Positions 26,801 to 41,800 of a DNA stretch of 64,000 nt are shown here, in pieces. A program made the position numbers and the translations under genes. The DNA comes from Raja brachyura. Its lineage: Eukaryota. The stretch lies in assembly GCA_963514005.1 (NCBI GenBank), contig OY740821.1, positions 14,012,001 to 14,076,000 of the forward strand, written 5' to 3'. Within the stretch, counting starts at the first letter, position 1. Every line of letters starts with the position of its first letter. Below the pieces are notes generated by a model, which had not been told where the DNA came from, searched no databases, and saw only the letters and a program-made list of their open reading frames with translations.

Positions 26801-29800
26801 TATCCACATTATACTGCATCTGCCAAACATTTGCCCACTCACCCAGCCTATCCAAGTCACCTTGCAGTCTCCTAGCATCCTCCTCACAGCTAACACTGCC
26901 CCCCAGCTTTGTGTCATCCGCAAACTTGGAGATATTGCCTTCAATTCCCTCATCCAGATCATTAATGTATATTGTAAATAGCTGGGGTCCCAGCACTGAG
27001 CCTTGCGGTACCCCACTAGTCACTGCCTGCCATTGTGAAAATGACCCGTTTAGTCCTACTCTTTGCTTCCTGTTTGCCAGCCAGTTCTCTATCCACATCA
27101 ATACTGAACCCCCAATGCCGTATGCTTTACGTTTATATACTAATCTCTTGTGTGGGACCTTGTCGAAAGCCTTCTGGAAGTCCAGATACACCACATCCAC
27201 TGGTTCTCCCCTATCCACGCTACTAGTTACATCCTCGAAAAATTCCACAAGATTCGTCAGACATGATTTACCTTTCGTAAATCCATGCTGACTTTGTCCA
27301 ATGATTTCACCACTTTCCAAATGTGCTGCTATCCCATCTTTAATAACTGACTCTAGCAGTTTCCCCACTACCGATGTTAGACTAACTGGTCTGTAATTCC
27401 CCGTTTTCTCTCTCCCTCCCTTCTTAAAAAGAGGGGTTACGTTTGCTACCCACCAATCCTCAGGAACTACTCCAGAATCTAAAGAGTTTTGAAAGATTAT
27501 CACTAATGCATCCACTGTTTCCGGAGCTACTTCCTTAAGTACTCTGGGATGCAGCCTATCTGGCCCTGGGGATTTATCGGCCTTTAATCCATTCAATTCA
27601 CCACTTCCCGACTAACCTGGATTTCACTCAAGTCCTCCTTTGACCCGCGGTCCCCTGCTATTTCCGGCAGATTATTTATGTCTTCCTTAGTGAAGACGGA
27701 ACCAAAGTAGTTATTCAATTGGTCCGCCATATCCTTGTTCCCCATGATCAACTCACATGTTTCTGACTGCAAGGGACCTCCATTTGTTTTAACTAATCTC
27801 TTTCTCTTCACATATCTATAAAAACTTTTGCAGTCAGTTTTTATGTTCCCTGCCAGTTTTCTTTCATAATCTATTTTTCCTTTCCTAATCAAGCCCTTTG
27901 TCCTCCTCTGCTGGTCTCTGAATTTCTCCAAGTCCTCTGGTATGCTGCTTTTTCTGGCTACTTTGTACGCATCATCCTTTGCTTTGATAATATCCCTGAT
28001 TTCCCACGGATGCACTACCTTCCCTGATTTATTCTTTTGCCAAACTGGGATGAACAATTTTTGTAGTTCATCCATGCAGTCTTTAAATGTCTTCCATTGC
28101 GTATCCACCGTCAACCCTTTTAGAATTGATTGCCAGTCAATCTTAGCCAATTCACGTCTCATACCCTCAAAGTTACCTTTCTTTAAGTTCAGAACCATTG
28201 TTTCTGAATTAACAATGTCACCCTCCATCCTAATGAAGAACTCGACCATATTATGGTCACTATTACCCAAGGGGGCACACACATCAAGACTGCTAACTAA
28301 CCCTTCCTCATTACTCAATACCCAGTCTAAAATAGCCTGCTCTCTCGTTGGTTCCTCTACATGTTGATTCCACATGCTCCAAGCTAATGTCCTTCCTTTC
28401 CATTGCGTTAATCTCCTCTCTAACCAGCAACGCTACCCCACCTCCTTTTCCTTTCTCTCTATCCCTCCTGAATATTGAATATCCCTGGATATTCAGCTCC
28501 CAGCCTTGGTCACCCTGGAGCCATGTCTCCGTGATCCCAACTATATCATACTCATTAATAGCTATCTGCGCGTTCAACTCATCCACCTTATTACGAATGC
28601 TCCTTGCATTGAGACACAAAGCCTTCAGGCTTGTTTTTACAACGCTCTTACCCCCTATACAATTTTGTTGAGAAGTGGCCCTTTTTGATTTTTGCCCTGG
28701 TTTTGTCTGCCTGGCACTTTTACTTTTCACCTTGCTCCCTATTGCTTCTACCCTCGTTTTACACCCACCTGCCTCTCTGCTCTTGTACCCATCCCCCTGC
28801 CACAAACAGTTTACCAATGGGCAAACTTGTTGGTCACAGCTTTTCAAACTGGGCTCCACATGATCCAGAATGTCACGGAATTCACATAATCATTAGATTT
28901 ATCTTCTATTCATAGTTGCTGATTTACTGCTATATTTTCATTTTTGTTTAGAATTGAAAAAGCAGGCAACTTGCAGTAACTGCAGTTTTATTAACCCCTC
29001 TATTAATAGTTACTTACTTGCAGAATTTGTACAAAATCTTTTCAAACACTAGCACAGGACCTGTACTGCCCAATATAGTGAGAGGTTGCCCAGCAAAGAG
29101 AGAATAAGCAATTCCAGTCATAGATGCTCCAAACAAGGACTCGATCGCACTCTGGAGAAGAAATCCATAAATTAATTTCAGGTAATGGCAACAGAAACAA
29201 AGGGGGTGGGGGGGGGGGGGGGGGAGGAAATGCAGTAATTGTATTACTAAATGTCTTTATGAATATCTGTGTTTGGTAAATAGCCCACAAATGACACTAA
29301 AGCTTTAGAAAAACTATTGGCCAGACCTCAATCAGAGTATTATTTCAATACTGGGTACCCCATATCAGGAAGAAATTCAAGAGTGGTTGCAAAGGAGATT
29401 CACTGATGTATTGCCAAGGATGTGGGACTTCAGTTGTATGGAAAGACTAGAAGAGACTGTTCTCTTTACAGCAATCTAAGAAATGATTTGATAGATGCCT
29501 TAGTAGGTTAATTGGCTATGAATGTAGATGTAAAAAGGTAGAATCTAAGCGAGTTGATGGGAATGTGGGAAGAATAAATAAAATGTGATTAGCATAGGAT
29601 TGGTACAGATGGGCGTTTGATAGTCAGCGTGGATTGGGTGGGATGAAGGGACTGTCTCCATGATGTGTGACTAAGTTTTGCAAAGCAATGACTGTTTTTG
29701 CAAATTCATCAATTACTTTTACATCTCAAATTTCCCAAACCTGACATTTCCATCTCAGTGATATTTCATTTTTCCAAAGATTAATCCTCCCGTTTGTTAA

Positions 29801-32800
29801 GCAGGGTATTAAAATGACACCAAACTAGCAATTTAAACGCATCAACATCCTCGGCTTTCTTACTATGCATCCATCTGTTGCTTCTCCCAAGAGGCCACCA
29901 AATGTGATAACAGGGGACATGCAGGCACAGTACAGGAACAGGAAGGATGCCACACACTGCAAGCTAAAGGCATCCCTGAAGTCACTCCAGAAACAAGGCA
30001 GCTTCCGCTTAATGTCAAGGATCAAACCCCCAAACGGCCTGGAAGAATTGAAATAAATCACATGAAACAAAAAAGATTCCAACAACCGGTTACTTCAGGA
30101 CAATAAAAAACAGTGCATTAAATGCCAATGACCAGTCGGTTAAATGGTATAGAATAGGAAAGGTACGGGAAAACATCATCTTGAACACACTTTAAGTGTG
30201 TAGTTCCACAGTTTTATAATATTCAATAATTGACATAACAAAATTCATTAAAATTGGCCCCAATTTGACATGAAATTAAAAAAGTTCAGATGGATTGGAC
30301 ATTTGCAGAAATGTAAAGATGCTAAAAGCTTATAGTAAGGATAGAAATACTGGTGGAAATCTAAAAGCAAAAATGATGGATATCAAGAAGAAATCAGAGT
30401 TATTAGAACAGCCCCAACCAAAATATTCCAACATCAAATTCTTCACTAAACCTACTTGCTTGCATCTCTGCATTTATATGTTGTATCACTTCATAGCTGT
30501 AACCAGTGTGCACGTACAAAATACCCACTGGAATCTTAATTCCTTTTCTATTTCTTTCTTCCACATGTAAAATGTCCACTGCTGGATATGTTACTTCCTA
30601 CTCTCGACCATTTTACTTTATCACCTGGCATGTTTGGAGTTTTCACTATTATTGTTGGCCCAATCAGATTTCTAATGGAGACTTTCATTGTGGAATATGA
30701 GAAGAGCTTCAGGAGTAATTAGTCCAGTGCCCTTATGAACTGCATCACTTGACACAATAAGCATGCACCATGGCGGTTGTACTGAATGGGATTCAAGATC
30801 TGGGAATGGGATTCTAAGTGGCCAATTAGTGGAGTGGCACAGTGGCACAAATTGAGCCCAAACGAAAAAAACAGGTTCTAGTTTCATAAGACTTACAAAT
30901 TTCAAATACTGTTGCTGATATTAAGTCAATAGAGTAAACATTTCTTTCTTAAAGACTTGAATGTGCGTAGGGGCGCTTTGTTTTGATTGAATCGAAAAGT
31001 TTTACAAATTCAGTGTTGGTGAACAGAGTTTGCTTTCAGAGAAGGAAAATGTTTGGAACTTCCATAATATCTGGTGGAGTCATTTTCTCGAGGTCATGAG
31101 GCATAACGCAATCTAGATCCAAACCTTGCCATATGTCTCTCAGTCACATCAAACATCTGCACAGGTTCCAGTCAAGGTCACGGCAATAGCACGCACTATA
31201 ACAGTGGTCATTTAGCTGAAGTTTACAATTTGCAAAGAGGAAGGAAGGAGAGAGACTGAGTGTAGTAGGTGTTGAGAATGGGTTCAACAGAGGGAAGTTA
31301 AATTAATTAACAATACCATACAAGAAGCTACAACAAACCTTCCTGTGCGCTGCAGTTCAGGACCAGTGTGGCCCACTTGTGGTTCGGGCTCAACGTGGAA
31401 TGCATTACCATTTGGGATCCCTGGTTGCTTCCGTTTCTCCTATTATACAAATGGAGGTACGACTGAGACATGGCACAGTGAAACATAATTTCCACCTAGT
31501 CTCCAAAGATTCTGCAGGTCTGTAGATAGTCCGTTACACACCTTCAAAGTGATGAAGCAGTTATCCCAGACTAGAAGTTTAATTTTTATTTAATGTTTAA
31601 ATGCTAAATGCCTTCTGATCCCCTTTTGATAGCTCAGCATATCTCTATAGTCCCAGTTGTTATTACATGATTGTGATTTACAGTTCAATTTGCTGGTGGC
31701 ACACGTGGACAACAAAAACAAAATAGCGCACAAGTACCCTCTTCAAAGATTTCAGCGATTGCGATGGAAAGGCTGTACCTGAGATGGAACGTTTTTTGGC
31801 GGTTCAATTCGGATGGAGGGGTCCCATTCACCAGGGGGGAGAACAGTCACCTGATCAAGAAATTCATCAATCCCAGCAAGAAGATCACTGCGATCCTTTG
31901 CTTTGTAGGCTACATCATGAAAAATCTGAAATGCAGGCAGAAAGATTATTTTTCAGATTAGTCTTTTTATTAAAGTGAAGTGTATGATAATGACTATATT
32001 TTGAATGCCATTTGTTAAGATTAATAAAAGATCTGCAATTCTTGTTTGTGGTCTGATCAGAAATCTAATTTAGTTTAATTTACCCTAAACATCCCTATTC
32101 CGTCTCTCCATAGATGCCGCCTCACCCGCTGAGTTTCACTAGCATTTTTGTCTACCTTTAGTTAATCAAGGTATCAGGTTACAGTTTTGTTGTCAATCTG
32201 TTCTCAGCTTTATTTAATGATGGTGTTTCATGAAGCATCTTTGCAACTTACTGTTTGGCAAAATTCCTCCACTCAAGCTGAGCAGAGTTTAAATTGGAGG
32301 AGACTGTTCACTCTTTCACACATCAACATTCACTCATGCTGCTCGTTTTATTAAGGATTTTTGATTTTAAATTCTCTGATCAGCGGTACCCCTGGAGGAC
32401 ATATTATGATTGTTTCAATCACACATATAGTTCACAGAACATCATTAATTCTCAATGCCTTGATCTGGTACTTTTCTCCTTGGGGGAAAAAAAATAATTC
32501 AAAAGAACGAATTTACTTTCTTTCCCAGATCTGATGAAGGGCTTTGAGCTGTAATGTTACCTCTGTTCCTCTTTCCACAAATGTTGCCTGACCTGCTCAA
32601 CATTTTCTACATATTCTCGATTTATCATTCACAAATGTATAAAATGACGCCCTATCATTTTGTGATGCACATCGATAATACTCCATACCGCAGGGTTGTA
32701 TTAACATGCAAATGCAACCCCAGATTGTGCCATCAGGATTCCTCGGGTCTCTTCCACAAGTGCCATTGTCCCTCAATAATATTTAGTAGTCTGCTCTTGC

Positions 32801-35800
32801 TCTTCCGTCCAACTTCTCTCCTTGTGTGTTGGTAGGTGTCAAAAGAAGTGGAAAAATATAGGGGGGGGGGGGGGGGGGGGGAGATGAGAGGGAGAGTGTA
32901 TGAATTCCTCTTCATCACTGGATCACAACCATTTCTCCAATACACCGGGCAGCACGGTGCGTAGCAGAAGAGCTACTGCCTTACAGCGCCAGAGACCCTG
33001 GTTCGATCCAGACTACGGGTGCTTGTCTGCACAAAGTTTGCATGTTTCCCCCTGACCATGTGGGTTTTCTCCAAGATCTTCAGTTTCCTCCCACCCTTCA
33101 AAGACATACAGGTTTGTAGGTTAATTGGCTTAGTATAAAAATGTAAAAATTGTCCCTAGTGTGTATAGGGTAGTGTTAATGTGCGGGGATCGCTGGTCAG
33201 TGCAAATTCCATGGGCCGAAGCGCCTGTTTCCGCGCTGTATCTCTCAACTAAACTAAACTTGCTTTTCCACGGAATGAAAGCTGCAATTTTTTGGGCCAG
33301 AGGTAGTTCCTTTAAAAAAAAAACTTACTGAGGTGCATTGTATATTGCTATATTTAAGAGGGAGTTAGATGTGGCCCTTGTGGCTAAAGGGATCAGAGGG
33401 TATGGAGAGAAGGCAGGATACTGAGTTGGATGATCAGCCGTGATCATATTGAATGGCGGTGCAGGCTCGAAGGGCCGAATGGCCTACTCCTGCACCTAAT
33501 TTCTATGTTTCTATGTATGTTATCCTTACATCTTGCAAGATCTCATCACCAGCAAACTTGATTCAAATTTTGTGAAGGATGAATCATTTTAGAATCTCAT
33601 TAGAAATAATATCCATATGAAAAATGCCCGTTTAAAAAATATTATATGAAAATTGCTTAAAGCACTGTACGAAAGGCAGAGTGCAACTATAATGCACTTC
33701 TCATTTGTTTTGTCACCAGTTCAGGAATTCTATCTTAAATCTGTGATGCACATAGAACGCATCATAAGCAGCAGTGGTAGATTGTAGCTACCGTCAGTCA
33801 TGAAGCTGACAGTCAATGGATGCAGCACCCAGCTCACTACTGGCACAGACAGATTTCTTAAATTCAGAAATAGAAATGAAAAATAGCTTCATTTTAAGTA
33901 TTGCTCAGTTTTCCAGCAGTAAATGAACCTGCCCAATTCTTTAATTTGTTTATGATTATTGCTCTCCAAAATTGAATAGTTAAATCAAATCTCACTGGGG
34001 GGGGGGGGGGGGGGGTGCGCCTGGTGTGATCAGAAGAGCTTTTGACTTTTGCCTATCCAGTGATTGGCTTAAAATCCCCAAAATCTATGTAATCTGTAAA
34101 ATGCATGGAAATTAGAGTACAAAGACAGGCATGGGACACAATAAGGAGAGCAGTATTTGTATCGCCCACGTAAACACTGGTCCTGACTCGCTCCGTTTGA
34201 TACTTTCCAAGATGGCAGATAGAGGAACTGACACATGCAACCAAATGTGGCAAAAAAGGTCTGGTACATATATAATAAAAATTAACTGCAGATGCTGGTT
34301 TATACTCATCTGTTGCCAGCTCCGTTTTGGCCTGATCCTTTATTGCTTCCAGTCTCTTTCCCCAACCTACCCTCCATAATCAGTCTGAAAAAGGGTCCCA
34401 ACCAAATGGTCACCTGTCCATTTTCTGCAGTGATGCTGCTTGACCAACCAAGTTACTCCAACACTTTGTGTTTGTTGCATAGGAACTGGAGATTCAGCCC
34501 AGATTTCACTTATTAAGTACTGAAATCCTCGGGTAAATTGAGATCAGGAGACACAGACATTGGAGTATCTATAATCAGAACTCTACCAAAAATGTTACCC
34601 TTTGATTCAGAGATAGACAATAGACAATAGACAACAGGTGCAGGAGTAGAGGCCATTCGGCCTTTCGAGCCAGCACCGCCATTCACTGTAATCATGGCTG
34701 ATCATCCCCAATCAGTACCCCGTTCCTGCCTTCTCCCCATATTCCCTGACTCCGCTATTTTCAAGTCCCTATCTAGCTCTCTCTTGAAAGCATCCGGAGA
34801 ACCAGATGTGCCATTGATTAACTTTTCTCACCCCAAGAACTACAGAGCAGTATCGTTGTTCAATGGTCTCACCAAATGAGGCACAGTAACGTGTTCCTTC
34901 TTCCCCCCTCCACTCGAAGGAGAAATTGGTGCAGAAGCAAAATAAGAGACACCTGGAATGAGATGTTCCCACACAAACACTTGACACTCGATGTGGGCAG
35001 CAAACAGAGAAACTTTGATGTTCCATTTTGCCTGTCTGATTCCATGACATCATTTATCTGCAGCTGATTTGTTTGAAAGGTGATAATTAGCGGGCAAGAC
35101 AGGATGAAAGGGCGGCTTGGAGTGAACACCAGTGGCACATCTTTTGTTCAATTTTTCTACCGTATTTGCTTACTCGGATTTTGTCATGAATATTCCAAAA
35201 ATGGTGATAGAATTCACTTCAAAACACATTACTTCACAGAAATTTAGCATAATTCCTTTCAATTCAGAAAAGATTATCCTTCCCGTCCCTCTGCATACTA
35301 TCAATCTTTCCTTCTCTCAGCATCACAATCTGATAGAGCTGATAGCTAAACAAATCAGTTTTTAGCACTGCCAATAATAGACAGAAACCGAAGGCACAAC
35401 TAGCATTCATTTAGCCTATTAATATCATTCAAGTATCCCAAAGTTCTTTCAAGATCGTCAATTTAACACCCAGCCACTGACAAATATCCGAGCAGGCAAG
35501 CAAAGGTTTGGTCAGAAGAAGCTTCAAAGGTCATTCAGAGAGAGGGGTGCAGAGGCAGAGGGATGCAGGGTTGAAAATTCAGACTATAGTCCAGTCGGAG
35601 AAAATCTGTTGTTTTGTTGGCAGGGCCATGAATCTGTTAATTGCATTCCAAGTGAGAAAAAAAGACTGCAGTCAAATTAAAACAACACAACCAGTAAACC
35701 ATCATCTACTTTACCATGAGATGGCAAAAAGGCATGTCAAGCAGGTTTTTAAAATGTCAGAGCGGAGCAGAAATCAAACAAAATATTGATTTACATTAGC

Positions 35801-38800
35801 GAAAGTATTGGGAGAGTAGAATTAGAGGCTATCTCATTAAAATCACTCAGTGCTTTAGTCAAGCCACAAAATATTCAAGAGAAAACAATTCTAAACAACT
35901 GCAGATGTTAAGAAATTAAAGCAGACATGAAATGCTGTCAATACTCAGGTCAGGCAGCATATATGGGAAGTTAACATTTCAGGTCTGAGACCCTTCATCA
36001 GCAATGAAAAGGAGTCAAAGAGAAGCTTGTTGAGCTGTAGGGAAGGCGGAGTGAGAGTGAGGGGTTGTCTTTGATAGGACAACACTGGGATCACCATGGT
36101 GAGAAGCTGCAAACAAAGTGATCAGTGAGCAATAGGGAGCAGTTAGCGAGACCAAGACCAAAGAATGCTGGAGTTGCAACAGGCAGAGCTATTTTCATTT
36201 CCACCAACCACTCCTTTTCCCTTCAACCCCAGGCGATGCGACACCACTTCTTCTCACCATCAACAGACCCAACTATTTCTTCCAGGTCATGCATGTTTCT
36301 CTTGCACTTCCTCCAAAACTAGTGCACTGCATTCGGTGCTCACAATGTGATCTTCTCGACAATGGAGCAACCAAACGCAGATTAGGTGACCACATTGTGG
36401 AGTACCTGCATTCAATCTAAAGCTTCCCATCGACACTTTAATTCTCCATCCCACTCTGACCCGTCAGTCTGTTACCTCCTGCACAGTCACAGTGAGGCCC
36501 AACAAAAACTTGAAGAACAGCACCTCATCTTCCATTTGTGCACGTTGCAGCCTTCTGGATTCATGTCGATCTCAAAACCTTGAGATGCTCAATTTTGGTC
36601 TTTATCAGTCATCCACGTGTGAAATCAACTCATCCCCTTTGCCCGATCTTTTCATCTCGTCTGGGAGTGGGGAACATGTCAAGCCTGACCTGCTGGCTGG
36701 AAGGGCCGAATGGCCTACTCCTGCACCTGTTGTTTATTGTCTATTGTCTTCCTGCTCTGCATTTCATAATGCCTTCATTCATTAGTGCATGTTCTTACTC
36801 TCTAACTGTTCCCATTCACTCATGGAGATAACCATGTTTACTACCCCCAACTCTCCTATAACTTTACAAACTTCTTCCGACTCCTTTTTCCATTCTGACA
36901 AACAGTCTTTGACCTGAAAGGTCAACTTTCTCTTCCCACAGACATAGCTTGAGCATTTCCAGCATTTTCCATTTTGTACAAGATGTTTAATCCGAGGAAG
37001 GTAACAGTCACAGAGCTGATCGCTAGTGATCGAGTGACTGAATGAGGAAAAACTGGGATTTTATCCTTGAAAAGGTACACATGGAGAAATACACAATACA
37101 TTTACAAAGCAGTAATCTTATTTGGGGTGTAGCTCATACAAAACAGCACCATCCCTAACCCAAATGACATACGTACCAAATACCCAAGTACAGACTTACC
37201 TCATCAGTCATTATAGTGGCCATAGATCTCCCAATCTCATGGTATTGCTGTGCCTTTCCAACTGGTCCGAGCAATATGAAAATGAACCTGGAAGAGGATA
37301 GACTTTAGTGTCACTAGTGTAATTGAACCTGTTGCTCCAAAAAAAGACTGCTGTCGTTATTACACAACTCACTAGATTCGGCTCAAATTGGAAATGAATT
37401 ATATTTTTAAAAAAAAAGAAAAAAAAAATCTACATCCAAGTCTGTGTCCACTATTAGATGCGGTTCGTTAGTATTAATGTAACCAGGAAACTACATATTG
37501 TTGTATCAAGCATTTGGTTCACAAACACCCTAGTCTATGCAACTCGAGACCCACCAAACTCTGCCGACTGTTCACTGCTCCCTACGTTCTGGGCAATTTG
37601 GGACGAAAACTAAATACCAGCATTGCCAGAAATGTCCACGCCCTACGAAAGACTAAAAGAAAATCCTTCATTCATGGGGTCATTTTTCTTGCTGCTCAGG
37701 TCCCATAGAAACAAAAATTATGTTCTTAGAAAATTGAGGCAGAAAACATTTGGCTTTGATTGCTACAAGAATAATGGTGTGAGCATTGGTACACAGTTAT
37801 AAAATAAATTGGACAATGATTTAAGTGTCCAAGCTATCGTAGATAAATACTGCAACAACGTTGTGGTTCGAGTTACTCTGCTCTTCCAACAGATGGTTAA
37901 TTTAACACCATCATACCAAAACATTTTTAGAACGTGCAAATTTGCAGAATTTACCAACTAGATTACCATTAAACATAACAAAAAAAATGTATGGCTAATC
38001 TATTCAAGTTACAAGTGGTATTGCCAAACAACATCTGACACAAAAAAAAAAATCTAATTTTATAATTGTGAAGATTTGTTCCTTTTGATAGAGATTCTAG
38101 ATCTTCCTTGCAAGTTCAAGTGGTTCGCAGTTGGTATTTCGTTTTTTAAATGGAAGTGCAGAATTTTTGCATTATCAAGACACAGGCAAAATGCTCTATT
38201 ACTATTATCACAGCATTTATGCTGGGGAATTGGTGCAGGATCCGATCCTCCGTTGACTTTAAGGGGGATTGTTAGGCAGCAGTTACAAGACAAAGCAGGA
38301 TAATTTTATACATTTTGCTTCAGTTACAAAGGACAAAGGACATTTATTATCACATACACCAATTGGTGTAGTGAAATTTGTATGAAAAGTTAAACAATTA
38401 CTTTTGATTTTAGGCATTTATAGATGATTTTAATTCACTCAAAAGTTGTCCAAGAATTAAAATATTTTCTTCATTTTTAATGGTTTTTAAAAGTTTGAAG
38501 TTTGGAACAGCAAAATCAATTACAGGGCATCTTGGTCGACATGGGCTCCCCATCTCTTCCCTCTCATCATTTCTGATTTCAACTACCTCATCTCTGCCAC
38601 ACAATCAGCCCTCATGCTTCATTTTAAACAATTTCCATGGTCACAATAGATTTTAAATGCTTCCTGCTCTCCCACATAGCTGTTCAGCAAATCTCTAAAC
38701 CCTTGAATCATACTCACGGCTTGTTTAGTTCTAGTTTTTGGCTAACAGAGAATAAATCATTGGCGTAATTTTGAGATTCATTTAATCAAGCTAGTAAGGG

Positions 38801-41800
38801 CACTTCAAAGTATGAGGTATGAAATTTACGCAATTCATGATCAGAACAACAAAATTGCAAATTTGAATACAACTGCCAATATATGAACTGGAAAATATTG
38901 TCATTTTCCACAATCTAAAGAGATAACAGAAACAAAATTAAAGGTAATCTAAGATGTGAAAGTAATAGTATCATTTAAATTTCATAGAATTAAGGGAATA
39001 AGATTATATATCAATAATGATTAAGCAAGCACAGAGGTGGCAAATGGAAATCAATATGAATTGCATAGTGAAATATCAGGGAGGGTATCAAGGCAAGGGA
39101 TTGCATGCACGATAAGTAGCAGTATACTGTGATGTAAAACATGTTCTTAGATCCCTGAAGGTAGCAGAACAGGCAAGATAATGGCAGCATGTGGAAGCAG
39201 CTCTAAAAAAAGTTGTTGACAATGCTGTTGGGCCAGGAATTTGGTGACAGTCCTGAATGGTGACAGTCCTGAACCCCACATCTCAGTGCTTAGAAACCAG
39301 TTTGTCCAGCCTACAGAATACCAACCCTCATGGTCAGCCACTGCGCATAGCCTCACAGGTTCATTCCACAGGAGATCAGGAGAGAAGGTCCATGGGGAGG
39401 AGTGACTGCCACCTGAACACAAGTCGTGGTCTGATCAACCATGGCTGGGTCGCCTGGGTGAGGGTGTCTGATGTTGAAAGACCCGAAACACCCAATGACC
39501 CCAGGTTACATCACTGATGATGTGTTCAGGAGCATCAATAGATGTATTTGTAGCAATCACACCTCGTGCTGGGTAATGGGACAGCTGCTTCATTGCAACA
39601 GGAATGCCAGAGGAAGGCACAGATTCACGTCGGATTCCCAGCACAGGAAATGCTTCTCAAGTGGATGTCTTTCTGGTACAAAGACTCTCAAATTAAAATG
39701 CCCCCAAATCTATGTAACCTGTAAAATGCATGTATGGGTATTGAATGTTACCAAAACTTGTGATCAAAAAGCAAATAGTGAAAAAATAAAATCCACAATT
39801 AGAAGACGCTGAAGAGACTGAGGCAGGTAACATTTGTGGAGAGAAAAAAAGTGAAAAATCTATTTAATTCAAAAGTTAATCAACTTCAATAGTGGATGAA
39901 AATTTTACATTCCACTAATGTAATGTTGGAAAGCGTGAAGGGGAGATTAAAAAAAAAATCAATTGACATGCTAAATGTTATGCAGTTACTTTGCAAGTGG
40001 ACACATCTGATGCACAAACTTAAAGATCCTTGCAAATACATGCGTCCATGAAGACAAACAAAAAGGTACAACTGCAGATGCTGGAGTCTAAATAAACAAT
40101 GCTGGAACTCAGGTCATGCTGCATTGTTTCAATGGTACTTTATTTGTCACATGTTATTAGGGTTGTGTCATTCATTTTTGTATATAGTTCAGTACAGGTA
40201 TCACTGTACATAAGCTCTTAGATACATCTTAGCTAAACATCCCAGACACAATACGTGTGTATAGCAGTAGTACACTGAGACAATATACAGAGTCGCCAGA
40301 TATTGCGCCAATTTCAAGTCCCAGCTGTTGTTCAGTGCTCCATGCAGCTATGAGCCATGTTCAGCCACGTGCTCAGCCTTTTGGATCGGCACCAGATCCA
40401 GCCGAGCCCCAAGCTGCTGCCGGGCCTCCAGCAGCCCACTCCACCGATAACATGCACTTCCGGTCTGCTCACTGGCCCTCTGTTCTGACTCCCTCTTGTC
40501 TGGTCCACAGGGCGAGTAGGGGCCGGGCTCGATGGCTTTCATCGGCAGGCGAGTTCCGCAATGGCTAGCAGCACCTCGAGACGTGGTGGAAGCTAAAGGT
40601 GCAAGTCAACGTTTTAGGTCGAGACAATGCATCAGTCCTACGTCACCAACCCGAATACTTGACTTACACCTTTTGCCATCACAGATGCTGCATGACCTGC
40701 TGAGATATTCCAGTGTTCTATTTTTTTGGCGCACTAAAAAAGGGACCCACACGCTGATCTGACCACTGAATTTACCGCAAGTTATTATTCCAGTGCTGCA
40801 TTGTCAGGCTTTTTCATTTTTCTGCTGAAATATGGCATCTTCCGATCCATTTCAGATGCTGTTGATCACACAGCTGAAATTCCTGCTTAACGAACACACA
40901 CTAAAATAACAAATGGCAATGCCACATATGTTTCTTCCCCAGCACATTACTGCTCAGGTGATTTCTACATCTACCTACATGTTAATCGTTTCAAAACCTA
41001 CCACTCACGTGCATAATTAGGTGCAGCATAGAAGCATCTACTACTTTTATAGGAAACCATTCACTCCTACCAACTATAGCAGATAGAAAACATCAGCATT
41101 AGCTACCTGGTCGGTATTGGGACTTCAGTAAGTCCTGAGAGAAGGACAGCTGGAGAGAGACGTACAAATGCCACAATTGGCCGGTTGAGAAAATCGAGCT
41201 CACCAACCAGGACATTGGAGGCTTCGGCACCAATAGGTATCTTCTTCATGAAGTGGAGATCAACCTGCCAAAACAAAAACATACAGATTCCACAAGTAAT
41301 AGGATGCGGTCTCAAGTCAAGTAAGTCTTTTAATTTTTAATCAAAGTATGGTGGTGCGGGCTATGGGAAGGGAAGTCAAATACCTTAGTTGTTCTTTAAT
41401 GACCTATTCAGGAAAAAAGCTTCTTGGGCTCAGCCAAAGCGCACACTGAGTTGAGTAGTCTTAAAATCAAAGCTGCAACAGCATGGATACTACAATTCAT
41501 CTGAGTTTTTCAGCAGCAGAGGGACGATAAATAAAAATCAATGAACACCCCTGATGCTATCCAATGACTAACCATGGAAACTGCACATGGGATCAGGCTA
41601 TTCATTTAATACTCAAATGTGACCTTGAGATAACCTGGACCCTTCCACAAGGAAAGCAGATAGTCAACTTCAATCAATCTCAATAGCAATTCGACCCCAG
41701 TTGATCGAAGAATGCATTTAGACTTTAGACATACAGGGTGGAAACAGGCCCTTCGGCCCATCGACCCTACGCCTGCCAGCAATCACCTCGTACACTAGCA

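Noticed and set aside
26773-28915. Plus-strand ORFs of 60-172 aa
   Set aside because: Antisense shadows of CR1 ORF2.
29203-29227. Poly-G runs (also 13302, 32861, 33997, 52575; poly-C at 60276) as G-quadruplex elements
   Set aside because: Simple homopolymers with no positional pattern, and their lengths are unreliable in assemblies.
32947-33020. tRNA-like A/B boxes (also at about 41950, 55490 and 63320)
   Set aside because: SINE heads continuing into V-domain and LINE tails, not tRNA genes.
39455-39500. CTGATGT...GAAA resembling a hammerhead core
   Set aside because: The core is CUGAUGU, there is no stem II, and no room for stem I; better read as a simple hairpin in a retroelement 3' UTR.
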